Of a stretch of DNA of 64,000 bases, positions 57,864-64,000 are shown in pieces. Every line of letters begins with the position of its first letter. Position 1 is the first letter of the stretch. The position numbers and the translations under genes are program-made. The DNA lies in the NCBI GenBank assembly GCA_965248175.1, contig OZ252093.1:2681108-2745107 (forward strand). The letters run 5' to 3'. This DNA comes from Rhodothermales bacterium (GTDB lineage: Bacteria; Bacteroidota; Rhodothermia; Rhodothermales; VXPQ01). The notes beneath the pieces are model-generated. The model was given only the letters and a program-made list of their open reading frames with translations, was not told the origin of the DNA and searched no databases.

Positions 57864-58006
57864 GGCTTATGCTCAATGTTGGTTAAAATGACGTGCCACC
57901 CTCACAGAGAGTGATCATTTTGGTATGGGTGAGTGTGTCCAGGCAGGCGTACGCGCACTGTGTGTACCCCTAAGGGACACACCCGACAATGTACGGCACC
58001 GCGCTC

Positions 58007-58021
58007 ATACTTGTCAAGTAT
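58007..58021. promoter_or_regulatory. Palindrome ATACTTG-T-CAAGTAT overlapping a minus-strand TTGACA
   Basis: Perfect 7-bp inverted repeat about 150 bp upstream of ATG 57863. Confidence 0.4.
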
Positions 58022-58143
58022 AGGCAATGCTTTTTTCAGTGTCAAGTGGAAAGTTCGCTGTATGAACAAACAGAGTCAACCCCTGTTCCATATTTTTTTT
58101 TATAACCGGGGCCATATGCAGGGTTCCAGTTCTCCCCACTCCT

Positions 58144-61100
58144 TCATTTCGCCAGAACCATCGTCTGCGTATGCCGTTTCCCGGCGGTTTCGAGTCGAAA
58201 TACATACGTTCCGCTGGGGGAGTTCCCCCGCTCTGAAACGTACCCGGTGACGGCCTGCCGGACGCATACCGTCCACAAGGCGGGCTACTTCCCTGCCCAG
58301 CAGGTCGTACACGACCAGGCGCACCGTCTCCGCTCGCGGCAACATATACTCAATGATCGTCTCCGGGTTGAAAGGATTCGGGTAATTCCTTGAAAGTTTC
58401 ACAGAAACGGGCAACTCCTCCCGCTCCGCGGAGGTGTAGACCGCCCCGTACGGCAAGGGCGGGAGCGAAGGCGGCTCAAAGCCGGGATCTGCACTCGTTA
58501 TATATATAAGGGTCTCATAAGGGGGCACCGTGACATCGAAAGCCCCCGCATATGCGGCTGATGTATCCGAAAAAATATCATAATACGGGATGGGACCGAG
58601 ATTCGACATCGTGACATGGGGGCTCGGGTCCACCGTCACGGTGCGGGAAACGGATGAAAAATTAACAAGAATCAGAGCGTTTTCATCCACATAGGGGCGC
58701 ACGTAGCCATACACGCCGAGCGTGTTCAGCGTATTCAGGTGCTGGGAGCCAAACGCGGGGAACCGGGCGCGGGCATGCGCCAGGCGCTGGTAATGACGAG
58801 CGAATTCGCCGTTGCGAGGGGTATTCCAGTCCACCGGTGCGCGCCTCGGGTCGGCCCCCGCACGGAAAGCCACCTCCTGCCCCTGGTATACCATCGGCAC
58901 GCCCGTGGTCGTGAGCAGAAACCCCGCGAGCGGGAACAGGCGGTCGGGATTGGAGGCATGCAGTGAGGCAATGCGCGGTTCGTCGTGGTTCTCCAGAAAA
59001 CGGAAGTAGCGGGCATTCGGGCCTGGGTAAAAATCGTCGTTGTGCACATACTGGTCGTAGGTGGTAAGGCGGCCGTACCCTCCCCGCACCGCGTCATGGT
59101 AGAACCGCCAGTCGTAGCCAGCGTCAATGCCCCCCTCGAAACGGGCGCCGCGCAGGGCGTCAGCGTAGTAGACCTCCGTGCCGATGCCCGTCCCCACGAT
59201 TTCGCCGAGAAGCCAGGCGTCGGGCTTCAGCCGCTTCATGAGCGTGCGGATGGGCCGCCCGAAGCGATCCGGCCCGTAGCGCCGCCACGGGCCCCAGTAC
59301 ACGTCCAGACGCCAGCCGTCGATGTCGAATTCGTTCACCCAGAACGCCAGCACGTCGAGCATTTCGGCTTGCAGATCGTCGTTGTTCCAGTCGAGATTCG
59401 CCAAGTCCCCGAATCCCTGGTATTTGTAATAATCGGCCCCTGCCTGCCGGACTTCGGGGAGATTGGCGCCCCGGTTGTCGAGCCCGAGATTGTGGGCGCT
59501 GGCTCCGTCTGCAGGTAGGCGCCGTACGGACCGCCGTTGCGCAGGCTGGCGACCCACGGATGCGCCGGGGATACATGGCTGGGCGTAATGTCGAGGATGA
59601 CGCGTATACCGAGCTCGTGCGCCCGCTCTACGAGGGCCTTGAAATCCGAGTTCGTGCCCAGGCGGGGATCGACCGTGTAGAAGTCGATGATGTTATAGCC
59701 CCCGGAAATCTGGTTCATCGCCTGATTGTGCATGATCGGCATGAACCAGATGGTGTTGAAGCCCATCTGCGCGATGTAGTCCAGTTCGCGGGTGATGTCG
59801 CGGAGGCGGCGGCCCGGATTCGCCGGGGCGCCGAAGGCTTCCGGCCCGAAACTGAAGGGGAATATCTCGTAGACCACCGCGTTGTGCACCCAGGAGGCGG
59901 TTTCCTCGTAGCGCATTTCCCGCGCCGTACCATCCTCCTCGATGACGATGGCGATGCGGCGGCGCTCTGTTTCGCCGTCGGAGCGACTGAAGGCGAGGTC
60001 CACGTACACTTCTCCGGGGCCCGCAGCAAGGCCGCTCAGGCCGGTATCGCCGGAAGAAAGCGGCGTTACCTCCGTGGTGTTGAACGGGTCATTGAACACG
60101 GCGCTGACTTCCACGCGCGAGACGACGGGAATCGCGGGAATCACGGGGGTAATGGAAATGTCGAACCGGTTTCCGGAGCCTGTTACGGAAACGTTGACCA
60201 GCACGCGGTCCAGCGGGTGCAGGCGGCGGTTGATCACGATCGGAGACGAGCGGGTGCGGGACGGCGCCCCCGTCGGGCTCGAGGCGGAGCTGGAATTCAT
60301 TGTCGCCAAGTTCGAGGAGCGCCGTGACATGCGCTTCTCCGTCGGTTACGGCTACCGTGCCTGCTTCCCCGCCGTTGCGCAGGAGCGTGGCCTGCGTGAT
60401 GCTCGGATCTACGGCGCCGTCGAGGCCCGTGACGCGGGCAAGGAGGGAGACTTCCTCCCTGACCGTGGAAAATGAAGGGCCCACCCACTCGACAGGAGCG
60501 AGAATGCGGCCTATTTCAGCTTCGACGCGGCGGCCCGCCTGGTCGGTGGCCACCATGCGAAACTGTGCGCCGGGAGGAATGCGGCGGGTGGTCTCGACCC
60601 GGAAAACGCCCGTGTCGGCATCGTAGTGGTCAAGGCCGTCGGCATATTCGACCCCATATGATATGGTAGACGATGGAAACGAACGGCTGCGTGGAGAACA
60701 GTCCGGCGGAGAAGGCCCCGTTTTCGATCTCCTGGGCGGGCTGGAAGATCATGGGGTCCGTGACGGTGAGCACGGAATTGTTGTTGTCCGCAGGGTTGGA
60801 CCGGGGATTCAGCGGATCGGTGAGCCAGGAACAGTCGGCGCCTGCGATATCGAGATGGACCTGCACCTTGTACTCGTAGGTGCTGCCTATTTCGAGGGGG
60901 ATCGTGTAGAGCCAGTAACGCTCGAACCGGACGAACGACATGGCCGAGGCGTGGTCTGCCCGGATGCAGGCCGTGTTTCCCTGGTACGGAGTACCCCCTC
61001 CGTTGAATGTGCCGGGGAGAAAGGCGCGCTCGGCAAAAACCTGTTCGGGGATGTAGCGAAAGGAGATGGGAAGGATCTGGGATGGAGCCTGGGTTTGGGA

Positions 61101-61190
61101 TTGGGCCTGGTTCCGGATCAAGGTTTGGGGGCTACCTTGACTCGGAGTTTGGGGGTTGAGTCCGGGGGTGGGTCCGGGTTTGTGTCCGTG
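58144..61190 (-). pseudogene. Secreted GH13 alpha-amylase-family gene with T9SS CTD; at least four frameshifts, 5' end missing
   Basis: Pieces in successive frames: TYEYK...TDPLNP; VVYEIFP...GFNTIWFMPI...GYNIIDFY...ILDITPSH; DGWRLDV, LLGEI, FLENHDEPR; NYPNPFNP...(fs)SGTYVFRL...TMVLAK*. Confidence 0.85.
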
Positions 61191-61693
61191 CGGCGTCTGG
61201 TGCTGACCCAGCAGTTTACGTATTACGGCGCGCCGCATATCTGGAACGGCGACGAAGTGGGCATGTGGGGCGTGGACGATCCCGACTGCCGCAAACCGCT
61301 GGTGTGGGCCGATCTTACGTACGAGGACGAGCGCACGACACCTCGCGAAGAAGTGCGCCGAACGGACCGGATCGCGCCGGACACGGACTTGTATGCGTTC
61401 TACCAGGACCTCGCGCGCGTTCGCAAGGCGCACATGGACCTCTTCGTGCGCGGGGATATCTCGATTATGTGCTGGCCGACGACGACCGGCGGCTGCTTGC
61501 CTATGTTCGTACCTGGGAAGGCGAAGCCGCCCTGGTGGCGTTCAATGCATCGGAGGAGGCGCACACGGCGGATATCGCGATCGAAGGAAGCTTCAAGGAT
61601 GCGCTGGCGCCGGAAACCATCATGCAATCGGAGAACGGCCAACTTACGCTGGACCTGCCTCCCCGGACGGCCATGATTCTGATTCGGGGATGA
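61190..61693 (+). pseudogene. C-terminal fragment of a second GH13 (neopullulanase/CDase-like), frameshifted
   Basis: QFTYYGAPHIWNGDEVGMWGVDDPDCRKPLVW...YQDLARVRK, then frame change to LLAYVR...LVAFN...LPPRTAMIL*. Confidence 0.85.
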
Positions 61694-61768
61694 GGGGGTG
61701 GTGTTTCACGTAAGACTTACTCCCTGTTTCAGGCGTCAATCCTTGCGCCGGTGCCGGCGACCGCCCGG

Positions 61769-63931
61769 TCAGCTTCCGGCCAGCCGGAACCGGTCAAGCG
61801 GCGCGAAGTCCGGGCGGAATACCCCCTTCTCGATACGGTATACGCGGTCTGCCCGCGGCAGGAACGCCGCCGAGTGCGAGGCCACGATCGCAATGCAATC
61901 CTTGCGATAGCGGTCCAGCACATCCATGGCCTGCTGCGCCGTAGTACTGTCCATGGCGGAAGTGGGCTCGTCGAGAAGAAGCACCTGCGGGTTGCGCACC
62001 AATGCCCGCGCCAGACCTACCAGCTGCTGCTGTCCGCCGGAAAGGGCGGCGCCCCCCTCTCCCACAAGGGTCAGGTACCCGCCGGGCAGTATGTCGAAAA
62101 AATCGGAAAGTCCGAGCTCCTCGCATTTCCGTATGGCTTCCTGCGGGTCGAGCGCAAGACCCAACCGGATGTTGTCGACCAGCGTACCGCTGAATATCTG
62201 GACGTTCTGAGGCACAACGCCAAGATTATCCCGCCATCCGGTAACTGAAAACTCATTCCAGTCGCACCCGTTAACCAGCACCTCCCCGGATTCGGGCACA
62301 GCGAGACGCTGCAACATGCGCAATAGCGAAGACTTACCGGATCCCGTGCTCCCGACAATCAACATCAGCTCCCCGGAATGGCAGGTAAATGAAACATCTC
62401 CGAGTAAGGTCAACTGGCCGGGGTAGCTGAAGGTGACGCGGCGCGCCTCGAGACGGCGTACGAAACCGATAGGACTCTTTGCGGCCTCTTTTGCAGTGTG
62501 GTATTCGGGACTGAGCGAGGTGAACTGGTAGATCCGGTCGAAAGCCACCTTCGCCTCCTGCAAATCGACGTTCGCCGTGGCCAGCGCCTGGGCGCTCGGT
62601 ACGATCATCCCGATCATTTGCAGGATGGCGACCATCGCTCCCATGCCCATGGCGTCGCCGAGCACAAGTATCGACGCCCACGCAAGTACGCCGGTGACTA
62701 TCATGGCGCCGGCAATCGCCAGCACGCTGCCGAACCGTACGGCAACCCGGCCCAAGCGGAAAATCTCCTCCTGCAGGTGGGTGTACGTATCACGCATCAG
62801 CCGGGTAAACACCGATTCGGCATTGGCCGACTTGATGGCCTCGATTCCCCGAATGGCTTCGACGTACCCACTCTTGTTCAGTGAATGCGCCGTCATGATG
62901 CGCTGCTGTCCCTTCACGATAGGCTGGTGGAAATGTCGTGACACCAGAATAAAAAACAGGAGCGCAAGAGCTACCGCCCCGGCAATCTCCGGGCTGTGGG
63001 CGAAAATGAACGCCATCCCCGCAACAAGGACAAGCGCTTCGATAACTACACCGCCCAGGACATGCGTTACGGTTTGCTGAAGCCGCTCGGTGTCGTTCAG
63101 GCGGGCAATCAGGTCGCCCGTCTTGCGCGAACTGAAAAAGGCATAGGGAAGGCGAAGCAGGTCGTCGAGAAATCGCCTCGTGATGCGGTTGTTGAACGCG
63201 CGGGCCTGTCCCAGAAGAAGCAATTGCCGGACGATGCCCATGCCCGCCTGCGCCGACAGCACCAGGAAAAGAAGCGCCAGCCCGGCAGCAAGCTGCTCCA
63301 CGTTCCGTTGCGGGAGTATGTCGTCAATGAGCGCCTTGGAAAAGAAGGCCATCGCGAGACCGAACGCAGACACAAGGCCGCCAAGCGCAACAGACAGGGC
63401 AAGGGGACGCATGTCTTCCCGGATCGCGTCCCACAACCATTTCCGTTTGGCCGACGCCCGGCGCTTTTGGGTCACGAATCCATTCGCTGGACGCAACAAC
63501 AGCAGCGCCCGGCTCTCCCATATTTTTTCGAGTTCCCCCGCATCATACCAGACAAGGCCGGCCTCCGGGTCGCCAATCAGAAACCTATCCTCGAAACACC
63601 CGAAGAGAATGACGTAATGCTGGCGGACGCCGTTCAGCACCACATGCAGCACCGCCGGCGCCTCCAGCCCGGCAAGGTCGTCCATCCCTGCTTCGTAGGG
63701 ATCCGATCTAAGGCCGATTTTACCCGCTGCCTGATGCAGACCCAGCAGCGTGGCGCCCTGCGACATGGTGCCGCTGAGGCTACGCAGCCTCTCCATGGTT
63801 TCTTCGCCCTCGAAAAAACGGACGACCCACGCAAGGCAGGCCACCCCGCAATCGGACTGGTCGAGTTGCCGAACGATCGACTTTGTCACCCGCTTTGTCG
63901 TTTCCCTGCGGAGGTTGTCGCTTCGAATCAT
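61769..63931 (-). CDS. Peptidase C39-containing ABC exporter (PCAT, bacteriocin/RiPP type)
   Basis: QLDQSDCGVACL (catalytic Cys), QHYVI, IGDP; six-TM domain; GSTGSGKS, LSGGQQQ, LLDEPTS. Confidence 0.92.
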   Translation of the reverse strand: MIRSDNLRRETTKRVTKSIVRQLDQSDCGVACLAWVVRFFEGEETMERLRSLSGTMSQGATLLGLHQAAGKIGLRSDPYEAGMDDLAGLEAPAVLHVVLNGVRQHYVILFGCFEDRFLIGDPEAGLVWYDAGELEKIWESRALLLLRPANGFVTQKRRASAKRKWLWDAIREDMRPLALSVALGGLVSAFGLAMAFFSKALIDDILPQRNVEQLAAGLALLFLVLSAQAGMGIVRQLLLLGQARAFNNRITRRFLDDLLRLPYAFFSSRKTGDLIARLNDTERLQQTVTHVLGGVVIEALVLVAGMAFIFAHSPEIAGAVALALLFFILVSRHFHQPIVKGQQRIMTAHSLNKSGYVEAIRGIEAIKSANAESVFTRLMRDTYTHLQEEIFRLGRVAVRFGSVLAIAGAMIVTGVLAWASILVLGDAMGMGAMVAILQMIGMIVPSAQALATANVDLQEAKVAFDRIYQFTSLSPEYHTAKEAAKSPIGFVRRLEARRVTFSYPGQLTLLGDVSFTCHSGELMLIVGSTGSGKSSLLRMLQRLAVPESGEVLVNGCDWNEFSVTGWRDNLGVVPQNVQIFSGTLVDNIRLGLALDPQEAIRKCEELGLSDFFDILPGGYLTLVGEGGAALSGGQQQLVGLARALVRNPQVLLLDEPTSAMDSTTAQQAMDVLDRYRKDCIAIVASHSAAFLPRADRVYRIEKGVFRPDFAPLDRFRLAGS

Positions 63932-63999
63932 GGCCTGCCTTCCCCCGCAGCGGCTTCCGCAATTTCCCCGACCGCCGCAAGACCCTCGAACGCCTTGCG
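63928..63999 (-). CDS. 3' end of an upstream gene coupled to the PCAT (partial)
   Basis: RKAFEGLAAVGEIAEAAAGEGRP* with ATGA overlap at 63928-63931. Confidence 0.45.
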   Translation of the reverse strand, partial: RKAFEGLAAVGEIAEAAAGEGRP

Positions 64000-64000
64000 C

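Noticed and set aside
60663-61676. 337-aa plus-strand ORF as a real gene
   Set aside because: Chimera of antisense amylase sequence and a GH13 C-terminal fragment across the deletion junction.
1-64000. rRNA, tRNA, riboswitch or prophage
   Set aside because: None recognised by eye; a covariance-model scan would be needed to exclude small structured RNAs.

Overview
GC-rich bacterial DNA. T9SS C-terminal domains, a PorV-like gene and TonB receptors without SusD point to an FCB-group, Rhodothermota-like organism; this is inference. Contents from left to right: (1) 0.6-11.2 kb: Tat-exported sugar oxidoreductase cluster (three Gfo/Idh/MocA, a signal-less ApbE, cytochrome c-Vgb fusion, esterase, TIM-barrel isomerase, GMC oxidoreductase plus small subunit). 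(2) 11.3-28 kb: one minus-strand envelope locus (TonB receptor, T9SS-CTD protein, PorV-like barrel, two FG-GAP/ASPIC + TPR lipoprotein pairs, second TonB receptor, lipoprotein). (3) 28-33 kb: deletion scars, a probable pseudo-hydrolase, a decayed IS3 and a Zn-dehydrogenase. (4) 33-38 kb: iolA/iolC-like genes, a LacD-like aldolase and uxaE. (5) A 1.65-kb HigBA islet of IS1595 origin bounded by 65-bp direct repeats. (6) 40-51 kb: L-rhamnose catabolism followed by lutABC, containing a 68-bp tandem array that encodes a chain of translationally coupled 23-aa mini-ORFs and a 10/40-bp-periodic purine-rich satellite split by an intact IS3. (7) IS1595 carrying a truncated DNA methyltransferase with a (CA)n tract behind its ATG, then IS256. 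(8) TIGR02757 gene, a T9SS surface protein, two back-to-back 5'-truncated GH13 pseudogenes and a C39-peptidase ABC exporter. No rRNA, tRNA or CRISPR array was seen. All product calls come from motif recognition by eye; no database search was run.
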